DNA from: Bugula neritina
Taxonomy: Eukaryota; Animalia; Bryozoa
Assembly (NCBI GenBank): GCA_964035545.1
Contig: CAXIUT010000035.1
Span: 1-30,390, forward strand
Direction of reading: 5' to 3'
DNA: 30,390 nucleotides
Positions within the stretch are counted from its first letter, which is position 1. Every line of letters starts with the position of its first letter. Under the pieces are notes generated by a model. The model saw only the letters and a list, made by a program, of their open reading frames with translations, did no database searches and was not told where the DNA came from. The position numbers and the translations under genes were made by a program. This document shows positions 1-13,627 of the stretch, one piece after another.

Positions 1-81
1 CCCAACCCCAACCCCAACCCCAACCCCAACCCCAACCCCAACCCCAACCCCAACCCCAACCCCAACCCCAACCCCAACCCC
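1..81 (+). repeat. Left telomere, (CCCCAA)n
   Basis: Perfect C4A2 tandem repeats at the sequence start, the Tetrahymena-type ciliate telomere repeat. Unique AT-rich sequence begins at 82. Confidence 0.99.
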
Positions 82-256
82 TAATATTGTCAGTGAAAAC
101 TATAAGTTATAAAATATAGGTAAAGAAAAATTAATAGAAAGAAATAATTTATTTACAAAAGATCAGAAATATTTATTTTTTCATATTAAAAATAGACAAC
201 TTAAGATTGTTATATTTAATCAATAAAATAAATAAGTCGCGAATATAATAACAAAT

Positions 257-2736
257 ATGATATAATATCCTCAAACAACCAAAAATAGAACTATTAAAGA
301 CTCATTTATAAGTAATGATAACCCTCAAAGCCATGCTTATCGAACTACTTAAACCCAAAATTATAGAGGAACCACCTAAAATTATTCTCAATCCCATTAA
401 AGACCTCGATCCAGCAGTGAACAATACGGAAGTACTCTGAACTAATTTTTAAACAATGGTGTGACCAAGCCAGGCAAGTACAACAATAAGTATTCCTTCA
501 AGCGAATGCCAAAAGAGAGAGCGAATTAGCGCCCAAATAGTGAATACAGATAAGTACAAACAAACAGACCTGTTATGCCTGAAAGAGTTAGCTATCTCAA
601 CGAATACAAAGAGACAGTTATAAATAGAAATACAGCTAATAACCAAAGGGAAGTAGTAACAGTGAAGCAGTAAAGCCAGTAATGGTAGAAATAAATTATG
701 CAATTGAGAATGAAAGTAGCTGAGCAAGAAGGATTATTGAATCAGATTCGATAGGTAGCATTCAATCGGAAGCAATAGTGTGAGAGACAGAATGCGATTG
801 GAGATAGAAAGTGTATCAATACTCTTGTAGATATTCATAATTTGGCGATTAGAGGTACTACATATCAGTCATTAGCTTATGTTCAAGAGCAAAAGCAGAT
901 GACCATGTCAAATATTCATATTAATCCTCCTACGATTGTTCATAATCCAGTGCCACCGCCTCATATCAATATTACTCATCGTCCTGTTGTTATTCATAAA
1001 CCTGCAGTTATCAATATTTCAGATCAAGCTCCACCTATAATGCCTTCATCATTTCCTAAAGTTCAATCTCCAGAACAGAATTTTGGTAATACTCAAAATA
1101 TTTCTTCTAAACTCGCTAACTATGAGCAATAAATAAGAGATTTGAAGTTAAAAATTGAGAAATTGTAGCAAAATAATTAAAATTTAAAGGGAAAAATAAA
1201 TCATATGTAGAATAATGCTCCAGTACAAGGAATAGACAGAAATATGTTATAGAAGTACAGATAGGAGATAGTTAGACTAAAGCAAGAGATATAGATGATA
1301 AAATAAAAACAAAATTATGAAGAGCATTATTTAAAATTAAAAGAGGATTATGATAAGCTAGTTATTATTAACTAGTAATTAGCCAAACAAAGTACATAGA
1401 ACTACAATAATTTGTAGAAAGCTGAGGATTATATATTGGAGTTGAGAGTATCGATTTAGGAATATTAAAAAAATTAACAAGCTATGAGATAGGAATATTA
1501 GTTAGAGATAAATAGTATTAATGGACAGATAAATATCTTCCAGAATAAAATAGAATAATATAAACTAACCACTGATAAAAAGGAAACTTAAGCTAAAGGA
1601 GATGATCTTGTTGTGGAAAATGGTAAATTGATATTAAAGACTGTGTTTCTTATGGAGGAAATATATCGACTTAATTTGCTTTATTAGGAATTTAGAGGGC
1701 ATCTTGAAAAGGCAGAAGGGCATATTAAATAGACTCAAATTTATATTAAAGAATTATAAGATAATATTGTATCATTAAAATTCAAATATGAAGCAAATAA
1801 CATGTCTGAACTCAAAATTAAGGAATTAGAAAGTAAAATAACATATCTAAGTCAGCAGATAGTACAATATTAAAGTAAAAATAAATTGCAAAAAGATTAA
1901 ATATCAAAAATATAATCTCAATACACTTTGAGTCTCAAAGAAATCAACCAGAAAAACAGTATTCTTTAAGAATTAAATAAAAAACTTAATTTAAAAGTAG
2001 GTAAAAATTAAGAGAATACAAAAATCTTAGTTAAATTAAAATAAGTTTAATAGCATCTTTTAATAGCAGAGAAATATATTGCATAAAATACTCAATTGTG
2101 GTAAAAAGCCAGAAATGACGCTTAATTATTACCTGAGAAGTTAGCTATAATAGATGTACTTAAAAAAGATTTGGGAATAAGTCGAAGTAAAAACAAATAA
2201 TTAAGTGAGAGAATAATGCAATTCGAAAAGATTATTGAGACAATGTAAAAGAAAAGATAAAATAAAGGAGAAATAAATGCTTTGTAGAAAGAGAAAATAG
2301 AACTTTAAGGTAAAGTAAAAAAATATATGCAACTATACATAGACAGTCAAAGTGAAATGGATTAATATGAACAGCAAATTGAGGTTTTTAAAATATAGGC
2401 ATAAAAAAATAGAAATATTTAGAAGATTTTGACATAAAAGGAAAGCAATTTATCTAATGAACTTTCTTCATATCAAGTTATGTATAAAGATATATCGAAT
2501 CATCTTCAAGGAGCTGAGGCATACATTAAAGATCTATAGGGACAACTGTCTAAAATGAGATAGCAATATAATTAGGGTATTTATCTATTAATATAGTTTA
2601 AGCTTCACATAAGGCAGTAAATTAGCATAAAATAGTGCATTCTTCAGCTTTATAAAATGCAGAGCAGCAGATATTCCAGATGGAGAAGATAATGCCCAAA
2701 ACAACTGTCAAACATGCAGGAATTATTAGATTGTGA
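257..2736 (+). CDS. Coiled-coil protein (~819 aa) with a Pro/His-rich segment; one 20-nt intron (2577-2596)
   Basis: Open frame from ATG 257 with TAR read as sense; it includes the supplied ORF 842-1132. Removing gtatttatctattaatatag gives a C-terminus ...KHAGIIRL-TGA(2734-2736). Heptad-like K/E/L composition. Confidence 0.8.
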
Positions 2737-2868
2737 TCAATACAAACCATACTTTTATTATTCATACTATTTTACTGCAATCCATATTGTTTTGTCAAAA
2801 AAATAAGGAGTAATATTACTCATTAAAATGTCTCTTATAAGATATGATAATAATGAATATCAATATGA

Positions 2869-5793
2869 TCATAATTGTTTTCCTAGAGCTTGATATTTTA
2901 ATCTGATGATTTACTGTTCTTTAGTGTCAAGTTGTAGGCTGAGTTCTGATACTTTACGTTGTCTTTCTGACACCTAATCTTATAAATATTGATATTTTTA
3001 TTTCATTATATTGTATTCATATAGAGTTTCTTCAGCATTCTATAGTTGCTTTTACAATCTTAGTACTATGAGTTGCTAATGTTAAAGTTATGCGTTCTTT
3101 TTATTAATTTATCTTTATTTCTATCTTTACAAATTCTCAAATTTATTTTGAAGTTCTTTGATTTTATTTATGCTACTAGATTGTTCATTTAGATAGTTAA
3201 ATGGACTGAAATTATTTTATTATTGATTATTAATTCTTTTTTGTTTTAAAGATTAATTCTATATTCTAATTTTATTCATTTTTTATTTTTGATTAATAAA
3301 ATGTTAATGCAATTGTTTATAATTTTATTTCAATTTATTCTAAGTTTATTGATATTTATAGCTTTCTTATTATATTTTAGATTGAATGATATTTTGTATA
3401 TTTTATTTATACTTTTTATATTAATTTTTTATTTACTAGTTAACATGCATTAGTTCTAAACAATTATTTTAGAGATTAGCATATTACTATCTACCAATAG
3501 ATAAACTACTGATCAGTTTATCTTTTTATTGGTTATCTTCTCTTAACTGATCTGCTTAATTTTGTAGATTTCCAATCATCAATGAATATTCTTTATTTCT
3601 TTGTTATGTTTCTTGAACTCTTTTTAAAGTTATTTCATGTTTGTCTACTAAATTTATTAACTATCGTTTTAGCATCTATGTCTACTCGAATAATTATCTT
3701 CTCTATGTGCTAATAGAAGATTATTGTTATCGACAGAAAGTTATCTATTCACGTAGTTGTCTATTTTAGGCTTATATTTATTTATTAATACAATCTGCAT
3801 GCATTGAGGCATTGAGAGCTAGTTATTTTGCTTGAAGGAGATGTTGAATTTATTATGCTAGCTGTTGATTTCTAGAAGCTAGCTAGTTTATTTGATTTGA
3901 CATCTAAGATGCTTATTACTATGCATTTTTTAGTTATACTTGTCTTATCTTCAAATTTAAATTTTTTATTGTTTTTTACATTTATTCTTTTATTTTATTT
4001 ATCTCTTTAGTTTTTTATTATTTTATTATTTAGATTTATAGCTATTTTTCATATTTATGTCGTTATCTTTATAATTAGTTTTGATATTTTATTCTTTTTA
4101 GTTCATCTTATTGCTATTTTATTATCTATTGATAATTTTATTGGCTTTTTATTTTTTTATTTTAATCTTACATTTATACACTTACAACTAGAGGAGGATT
4201 CAATATTTCCTTTCTTTATCTCTATTTCTTAAATTATGATATTGTTTTTTCATAAATTGTATTTTTAATTTAAAGTTATTCGGCTTTTTATTTGAATATT
4301 TATATTTTTTAATTCATTTATTTACTTTGTTTCAATTATAGATCTCTTTATTTTTAATATTTTAGACATTTTTATGATAATTATTTTATTCTATTCGATG
4401 ATTCTTATAGTTTTTTATTTAAATATTTAATTTATTAATCTTTGTTATTTTATTGAGTTTATTATGTAGATTAAAGCTTTTCTATTCTGTTTAATAATTA
4501 TATTCTTTCATCTACTGTTTAATAGTTCTTTTGGATTAATATCTAATTTTATTATTTAAGTTTCTTTATTTATAATTATAATTTTTCATTTTTATCAAAC
4601 TATTAACTTAAATATTAGTTTTTATCTTTTTATCATTTTTATTTATCTAATTTTTGTATTAATTTATTTCTCTAGTATATCTATAATAAATCTTTTCCAA
4701 AATTTTATTATCCATATTTCGATATAAAATGATAAATACTTTATTTTCTATTCTATTAACTTTCTTTTTAATTAATACATGAAATAAACCATTTTAAATC
4801 TTTTATTTAAGTTGATAATTCCTCATTTTTTTTATTTTGAGTTGAAAGATCAGCTATTAATTGATTTATGCTTTCCTCTTCTGCTTTTTTTATTTAAGAA
4901 TTCGAATATAAATTTCCTTTACTATAACTATAATTATGAATAAGTAATTTCTATCCCGAACGTTATCTTAAATAAAATATCTATCTAAAAAGTGGTTCAA
5001 AGAGTGGTTGTATTTTTTAATGCAGAGATAATAATCTTTTAGTAACATCTTCTTTAGAATAGATATTATTACTTAATTTTAGTATAAAATCTTTAATTGA
5101 ATTTTATTTATAATTTCTAGATTATATTTAAATACAATTAGATTGTAAATATTAAACTATTTTTTTACTTTTATTTCTCATTTATTCATTAACTATTCTA
5201 TCTAATTATGAAAATTATTGACTTATCCCATATCTCATCAATTTATTAAAAAATGATAATATCTATTCATAACTATGAGCCTTTGATTAATACTGTCGAC
5301 CTGTTGCTAGTCGATTAGCTATTTTAATGATGTTATCTCTTTCCATATAACCCATAACTTTAAAATTTTTATTAAGATTATTTTATAAGGATTTTACTTT
5401 CTATTTATCGATGTCCAAAAGATCTGCTATTAAGGTTACATATGTAGTATAGCATTAACTATCTCGGTCTTTTTCATTTAGCATTGTTCTTAACTTTTTT
5501 ATGCTATCAGATATATCATCTTTGTTCATTTATTTTTATTTTTATTTGCTTTTTTTACTAAATACCTTTTTTTACAGAAGAAGGTCTTTTACTTCATCAA
5601 TTATTCGGCTATTTTATTCTAATTGAACTTTTGTATATTTAAAGTAGTTGATAATATCGTCTTTGAGTTGTTCTCCTGGGTTTTTAGCTAAAGAATATTT
5701 GGAATTGGGGAGTTTATTGAATCGACTTATGAGACTTTGTAGTTCCCATTTTTCGTGACTTGTGAAGTTGACTACTATTGGATCTGAATACAT
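2869..5793 (-). CDS. Long coiled-coil hypothetical protein (~974 aa)
   Basis: ATG 5793 (MYSDPIVVNFTSHEKW...) and TGA 2869-2871 (...YQALGKQL) are in the same frame. Spot-checked internal stretches have no in-frame TGA; not every codon was checked. Confidence 0.75.
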
Positions 5794-5822
5794 GATTTAT
5801 TTATAAGAAGAATGAATATATA

Positions 5823-6358
5823 TCAATAAAGAGGTTTATATTTCAAACTTTGACAAAGTTTATCAAAAGTAATTATTTTACTATTCTTTACTATCTAAAC
5901 CAATGATATTCTTCTCTTCTTTTCTTATATTATTGCATTTGAATTTGCCTGATAGGATCGATACTAATTGGCCAATTAGCTATCAACGTTCATAATACCT
6001 CTATATCTGTCAACTTGATTTATAGTAAAAGCTATTATCAAATGAGGAAGCATTGACTCGATTGTTAGTCTTCTTTTTGCTAAATATCCAAAATGATACT
6101 TTTATATCGGTAATAGATCATACCTAAAGTTGAACATATGATATAGCCAATTCCTTTTAAAGAGTAGATATATTGTCCTATATTGTAGGGTAAATATTTA
6201 TTGTTACCTTATATTGATTCATAATATTTCTTTTACATCATCATTTTTAGTTCTATTTTTTTGATGATGTTGAAGATCAAAGAATCAGTGAGTTTGTTTG
6301 ATTATTGGCTAGTAATTTATTATTTGATTTGGATTGGTCCTTTCTCTCTTGTATCCAT
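5823..6358 (-). CDS. Hypothetical protein (~171 aa), possibly membrane-associated; one 20-nt intron (6080-6099)
   Basis: MDTREKGPIQ... Removing gtatcattttggatatttag bypasses a premature TGA and restores a frame ending ...LKYKPLY-TGA. Spliced length 516 nt. Confidence 0.7.
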
Positions 6359-6494
6359 CTTTTAATATCTTAATTTAATTCAGATAAAAATCTTATCATA
6401 ATTAGCTATTTAATTAAATAGAGAATAGTAAAAGCTAATAATAAAAACTTAAAATTCTTTTTTAAAATTATGACTGATGATTTTATATTAATTA

Positions 6495-9400
6495 ATGCAA
6501 CTATTAGTACAGATAGAATATTGTATAAACTGTCATCAGCATTCATGGTGTTCAAAGCATGACGAGGAAAAGTATCTTAATTATTTTCATCTTGTTAAAG
6601 AATCTATACTGAAAAAACTAAGCTAGAATATAGATGTGTTGATAGAAACAATGTAGGTACCGAAACATTACAAAAAAATAAATAAAAGCATTAAAGATAA
6701 TAAATATTATGATTCCTAGAAGTAAGAGTAAATATTTTTCCCTAAAATTGGTGCTTTTTAAATATATTCTGATAAAATACTTATCTTTTCAAAGTTAAAA
6801 ACTGGTTTATGGCCTCACTGTGATAAAATAGCATAGACTATCTTTCAAATGTCAGAGGCTAAAAAAGCTAATAAAGATCTAAATAGGTTTGCATATAAAG
6901 GGAAAAAAGTTCAAGTTGATAAAAACAAACTCCAAAATGCTATTTTCAAAAGAATAGGAGGAAACTAATCAGATTTATTAAAGTAACCAGAAGAAGACCC
7001 TTATATGTATACTTAAAATATCACTTCTCAACCTGTAAAATCAAAATAATTTCAAAAAAGCATGAATTATTAAAGTCCTCATAACAACTTGCCTTCAAGT
7101 GCTAAAAGTTATAATAAAATATATTCATCTGATTTTTATACAAAAAAGGAAAAAGCAAAAATTGAAAGGATAAGATCTCAAGAGAAATCTAAAAAGAAAC
7201 AAAATAGAATCAAAAAAATATATAATGATTATTTAGATTTTAAATAACCAGAACTGAAGGAAGATGTTTCTACACCGTATGCAAAATCTTTATCTAAAAC
7301 TAAAAAACATCATAAAGGATATTCTTCTCCAATAAAAAATCTAAATCCTCTTGATAAAATGATTGATGATGAGTTGAATTAATTCTAAATGGAAACTCCT
7401 CACGAATTGAGAGATTAATAAAAAAAGAAGTTATATAAAAAGTACAATATTGATCCTGAAGAAAAAGGTATTAAAGGAGTTAGTCAACAAAAAATAATTG
7501 AAGAAAAAATAAAATATTAGACTTTACTTGATGCTTTGAAGCAAGAGGAATAAAATTATGTTGAAAAGTTAGAGGTATTAAACAAGAAACTTGGAGTTCC
7601 TAAAAAATATAGTAAATTATCAGATCCTAAAAAAACTATGAAAAATAATGTTGATACCTAGAGAGTAAGAACATAAAATTAAAGAGAAGAAATAGCATTG
7701 CCAAAAATAAAAACTGAAACTAGTCATTAACAAAATACATAAAAAAATTCATAACATTATTCAAAATAAATATAATCGAGAAAAACTAGTAAAGTAAGAG
7801 AATATTAAAATAGTGATTATTCAGAGCCAAATTCTTCTCATAATATAACTAAAGGAAAAATATTTAATCAGAAAAGATCAATTAAATCCAAGATATCTGA
7901 TAGAAATATACCATAAGAATAGAAGAAATTTGGGAGAATAAAAGGTGAGGGAATAAGAAGAAAGGTGGATAATTATATAAATGATACGAAATAAAAGAAG
8001 GTTTAAGCCTAATAAGTTGAATCACCTGTTAAATAATAGAAATAAAGGAAGACATTTAGTTTAAAGAAAGTCATGGATATATATATTTAAAATCCTGTCA
8101 AATTAAATACTTTATTAAGTCAAAAAAGAGAGTATAAAGTTGAAAAGCAGGTTATAAATTAAAGTATTCAGATAGCAATGAGAAAAAGATCAGTGAAGAA
8201 CAGATAATAATTATAAGTTAAAAAATAAGTGAATTAATTTATAGATTAAAGACAAGATAAAGTTTAAGAAGATGAAAAAGTAAAGAAATAGACAATGAAA
8301 TAAGAATTAAATGTGATAAAATAATAAAATAATAGTAATTATGAATCTAAACCCAGAAGATAGACTATTAAATCTGAATAAAATAATCATCATGAAAATA
8401 AGGAGGTAGTTTAATTAAATAGTATTTAAAATAAGAAATAAGAAGTTCAAAATTAATAGATATCGAAAGATAGTCCTTAAGCATAAAAATAAAATTAGAT
8501 TAAATATAAGTAAGAAGAGTAAAATGTTTAATAGAAACATTTATAATAAGAAAAAATTGAATAAACAGAAATTAAATAAAGATAAATTATAGATGAAAAT
8601 AAATAAAAAACTGAAGAGTAGTCTAAAATAAATAAAATTTAATAAAATAAATAGTAATAACCATAAAAGATAAAATAAATCTAGAAAGATTAAAAAGAAG
8701 AAGATACTCCTGAATTAATTGAAAAAGAATAAGAAAATGACTAAAATAAAAAATAATAGTATAATCTGAATAAAATTTAAGAATAAAATAAATAGGAAGA
8801 ACTTTAAAAGAAAGAGTAAATTTAATAAGTTTTAAAAGAAGAAGAAAACAATAATTAGATCATTGAATAAGAAACAATAGAGAAAATATAAACTGATTAA
8901 AATAAGAATATTTAACCTCCAATTTAGATCATAGAAACAAAAAAATAATAATAAAATTAAATCCAGAAATAAATAGTATAGTAATAAGAAAAGATAAATA
9001 AATCTTAAAAAAATTAATAAAAATAGCCTGAAACATTAAAATAAAAAATAAAAGATGAAGATAATTTCAAAAAGTAAATTTCACTAGTATCTTAATAACC
9101 TGAAAAAATATAAAAAATAATAGTTGAATCAAAAGTGTAATAATATACTTCTCAGCCAGCTTAGTCTAGCTCTGAATCAAATTTAGTTAATTATTCTTCA
9201 TAAAAAATTGAAAAAAAAGAAAGAGATAATTAGACTAGTTTAAATTCTGAACAAAAATAGCCTTAATAAAAGTAAATAATTAAATAATAAAAGTAAAAAA
9301 TAAATAACATACCAGAACCTATTGAAGAAGTACCAGAATAACATCATGAAGAAAGTATAAATTATTAAAAATAAAAAGTCGAAGAAAAAATTGAAGCTAC

Positions 9401-12400
9401 TGACAAAAAATAAGATAAATAAGAGGTAAAAAAGGAAAAATCGGAGAAATAAAAATAGATAATTGTTGTCGATTAAAATTAAATACCAAATAAATAGGTT
9501 GAGGCATAAAAAATAGAAGAAAAGCCAAAATAGTAAGAACAGAAATAATAATTTTTAGATAAATCTCAACAGAATAATAAATATTTTATATCAAGAAGGC
9601 CTCCTGGATTAATAGGTCGTTTATCTCCTAAAAGAGATAGATCATTAAATGAATCAAAAAAAGATCGATCAAAAGTAGGTAAAGTGTACACTCTAAATTA
9701 ATCATAAATTCAAAGATAAAATGATTCAAAGTAGTAAACTAAAAAATAGAGTAAAAAGATAAATTAAAGTAGAGATAGTAAGTTTTCAGATTAAAATCAA
9801 GGAATTATTTTGACTGTTAACTAGGATAGCAATGATAATCCATTTCTTGCATTATTCTAAGTTGATAGAAATAAGGTGTCTAAAAAGTATGGTGATGGAA
9901 AATGGCATATTTTGAAAACATAAGAAACTCTTCCATCTAGAGGTTTTTATTCTTTGACATTTTAGGTTATTAATTCATCATAAAATTGTATATAATTTGG
10001 AATAATGCCTGAAAGTTTTTTACCTGTTTAAAATAAGATATGTCCTAGAGCTATTGGATTTCATTTTGCTAATGGTAAAATACATGATACTAATGGTAAT
10101 AAATAAAAGAAAAGTACTGCTTGGAGAAAAGTCAGATAACCTATTCAAAATGGATAAATTGGTTTAGTATAAATGATAGTTAATATTGACTAACAAAATA
10201 TTACTTGGAAATTTCAAAATTAAGAATTTGCTCAAAGTACTATCACTGATTATTTGATTTCTTAAAAATGCGTAGCTTATATAAGTATGATTCATTCAAA
10301 TGATACAATTATATTAAGTCCAGCTAAGAAGAATAAAATTATCAAAAAGGGAGATTCTTCAAATAACAAAATAATCAAAGTGAAAAAAATAGAAGTAGAT
10401 GAAGAAAATATTAATAAAAAATAAAAAGTAGAAGATATATCTTATGTAAATGGTAAAGATAGTATTATCTAAAAAGATTAAAAATAATATAAAAATAAAA
10501 AAGAAGAAACTTTGAATAAAGAAGTCAAACAAAAGTAAGCAAATACAAGACTTTCAGCTTTGTAGAGGAATCAAGAGAGGGCAAAGCAATAGCAGCCAGC
10601 TAATGAGATTAGTATACCTATATCTCATTCTCAGATGAACAGTTCGATTCGATAGACATCACCAAGCAATATCAAAGTAAATAAATAAGAGAAATAAACA
10701 AGCGAAGGATATACTCCTATACCATTGTCAATAAGCTTTGATAAAGTATCAAACCCTTTCATTGACTTTTATGAAGTCAAATCTAATAGTATTACCAAAG
10801 TCAACGGAGCTAACTCTTGGCATATCTTGAAAACTGCTGAAATTTTACCTTCTTCAGGAAAGTATTCTTTCTCTTTTACTATTATTGAGTCTTAAATGAA
10901 CTGCATCGAAGTTGGAATCATGCCAAAAGACTATAATCCTGTTGAGAATAAAATTTGCTAAAAATCTTTAGGCCTTCATTATGCCAATGGAAAAGTTCAT
11001 GATACTAAAGGAAATAAAGAAAAAAAGACTACTTCTTGGAGAGCTGTATGCTAACCTGCTTAAAAAGGAAAAGTAGGGACTATTGAGCTTAATGTAGATG
11101 CTGATAGTCAGATTATTTAATGGAAGTTTGAAGGAAATATCATAGCTAAAAGTATCCTTACCAATTATCTTAAAGGAATTCCTTGTGTAGCCTATATTAG
11201 TGTTGTTCACCTCAAAGATACTGTCTCAATCATGAATCTTAAAATTAAATAAACTTAAACTCATCAAGTATAAGCAATTTAGGTTTAATCTAAAATATCT
11301 AAAAGAATTGCAGAAAATAATGAAAGTGAAAAGTAAGCAAATACAAGACTTTCAGCTTTGTAGAGGAATCAAGAGAGGGCAAAGCAATAGCAGCCAGCTA
11401 ATGAGATTAGTATACCTATATCTCATTCTCAGATGAACAGTTCGATTCGATAGACATCACCAAGCAATATCAAAGTAAATAAATAAGAGAAATAAACAAG
11501 CGAAGGATATACTCCTATACCATTGTCAATAAGCTTTGATAAAGTATCAAACCCTTTCATTGACTTTTATGAAGTCAAATCTAATAGTATTACCAAAGTC
11601 AACGGAGCTAACTCTTGGCATATCTTGAAAACTGCTGAAATTTTACCTTCTTCAGGAAAGTATTCTTTCTCTTTTACTATTATTGAGTCTTAAATGAACT
11701 GCATCGAAGTTGGAATCATGCCAAAAGACTATAATCCTGTTGAGAATAAAATTTGCTAAAAATCTTTAGGCCTTCATTATGCCAATGGAAAAGTTCATGA
11801 TACTAAAGGAAATAAAGAAAAAAAGACTACTTCTTGGAGAGCTGTATGCTAACCTGCTTAAAAAGGAAAAGTAGGGACTATTGAGCTTAATGTAGATGCT
11901 GATAGTCAGATTATTTAATGGAAGTTTGAAGGAAATATCATAGCTAAAAGTATCCTTACCAATTATCTTAAAGGAATTCCTTGTGTAGCCTATATTAGTG
12001 TTGTTCACCTCAAAGATACTGTCTCAATCATGAATCTTAAAATTAAATAAACTTAAACTCATCAAGTATAAGCAATTTAGGTTTAATCTAAAATATCTAA
12101 AAGAATTGCAGAAAATAATGAAAGTGAAAAGTAAGCAAATACAAGACTTTCAGCTTTGTAGAGGAATCAAGAGAGGGCAAAGCAATAGCAGCCAGCTAAT
12201 GAGATTAGTATACCTATATCTCATTCTCAGATGAACAGTTCGATTCGATAGACATCACCAAGCAATATCAAAGTAAATAAATAAGAGAAATAAACAAGCG
12301 AAGGATATACTCCTATACCATTGTCAATAAGCTTTGATAAAGTATCAAACCCTTTCATTGACTTTTATGAAGTCAAATCTAATAGTATTACCAAAGTCAA

Positions 12401-13559
12401 CGGAGCTAACTCTTGGCATATCTTGAAAACTGCTGAAATTTTACCTTCTTCAGGAAAGTATTCTTTCTCTTTTACTATTATTGAGTCTTAAATGAACTGC
12501 ATCGAAGTTGGAATCATGCCAAAAGACTATAATCCTGTTGAGAATAAAATTTGCTAAAAATCTTTAGGCCTTCATTATGCCAATGGAAAAGTTCATGATA
12601 CTAAAGGAAATAAAGAAAAAAAGACTACTTCTTGGAGAGCTGTATGCTAACCTGCTTAAAAAGGAAAAGTAGGGACTATTGAGCTTAATGTAGATGCTGA
12701 TAGTCAGATTATTTAATGGAAGTTTGAAGGAAATATCATAGCTAAAAGTATCCTTACCAATTATCTTAAAGGAATTCCTTGTGTAGCCTATATTAGTGTT
12801 GTTCACCTCAAAGATACTGTCTCAATCATGAATAAATAACTTCTCTAAACTGAATCTCCCAAATAATAAACTAATTAAATCTTACCCACTGCTAAAGTTA
12901 TCGTTTCTCATAAAGTATAACTAAAATAGAAAACATCAAAATAATAAATAATAAATATTTAAACAAAATCTCCTAATTAGACATTTTCATAATTTCCAAC
13001 TTTTAAGATCTTTCTAAATATAGATAAAGCAATAAATTCTTTTATAGATTTTTACTAAATAAAATAAAATAAAATTTAAAAAACAAATGGCCCTAATCTA
13101 TGGCATATGGTTCAATCTCAAGAGACTCTTCCATCATCTGGCAAATATAGTTTATCTTTTACAATCCTCAAATCAGGATTAAACTGTATTTAAGTTGGTA
13201 TTTTACCTGATTAATATACAGTAACATAAAATAGAATTTGTACTAAATCTTTAGGTTTTCATTTTGCTAATGGTAAAATACATGATACTAAAGGAAGAAA
13301 ATAAAAGTCATCAACAGCTTGGAGATAAGTATGCTAGCCTGCTAAACCTGGAACTCTTGGCACTATTTAGCTTGATATTGATTATGATTCTTAAATAGTT
13401 TACTGGAAGTTTTAAGGCAAAGTATTTGCAGAAAGTGTTATAACAAATCATTTATTAAGTAAACCTATGAGAGCTTATGTTAGTATGGTTCATATAAATG
13501 ATTTAATACTTCTTAACCAGCCATTCAAATAATCAAAAAAGGATGTTAAAATAAATTGA
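6495..13559 (+). CDS. Giant protein (~2354 aa): N-terminal Rdx/SelW-like CxxC domain, long charged low-complexity linker, five SPRY/ConA-like beta-sandwich domains
   Basis: Starts MQLLVQIEYCINCHQHSWCSKHDEEKY and contains PKIGAF[TAA]IY...LIFSKLKTGLWP, matching Rdx-family motifs. The same frame was confirmed at several points through to TGA 13557-13559. A repeated domain WHILKTxExLPSSGKYSFSF...VGIMP...LGxHxANGKxHDTKG...WKF...AYISxxH occurs five times. Confidence 0.85.
10531..12833 (+). repeat. Intragenic tandem repeat, 798-bp unit, ~2.9 copies (starts 10531, 11329, 12127)
   Basis: Units look identical by eye, and the supplied antisense ORFs at 10968/11766/12564 are identical and spaced 798 apart. 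798 nt = 266 codons, so frame is preserved. Confidence 0.97.
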
Positions 13560-13627
13560 TTATTTCTAATGCCTATTATTTTAATATTTGATTGATTTAA
13601 TTAGAATAGATGGATTTAATATGAATA

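Noticed and set aside
5828-5842. AAAGAGGTT resembling the Tetrahymena chromosome breakage sequence (AAAGAGGTTGGTTTA)
   Set aside because: Only the first 9 of 15 nt match contiguously, it lies within a coding 3' end, and it is not at a chromosome end.
6519-6535. Selenoprotein (CxxU) in the Rdx domain
   Set aside because: Both cysteines are TGT, and no in-frame TGA is needed in any gene model.
6544-6834. Minus-strand hydrophobic open frame opposite the start of the giant gene
   Set aside because: The plus strand carries clear Rdx-family motifs, so the minus frame is an AT-rich shadow.
10968-12806. Three identical 80-aa minus-strand ORFs suggesting a repeated gene or mobile element
   Set aside because: They are antisense to the 798-bp coding repeat of the giant + strand gene. 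There is no transposase motif, terminal repeat or CRISPR-like spacer structure.
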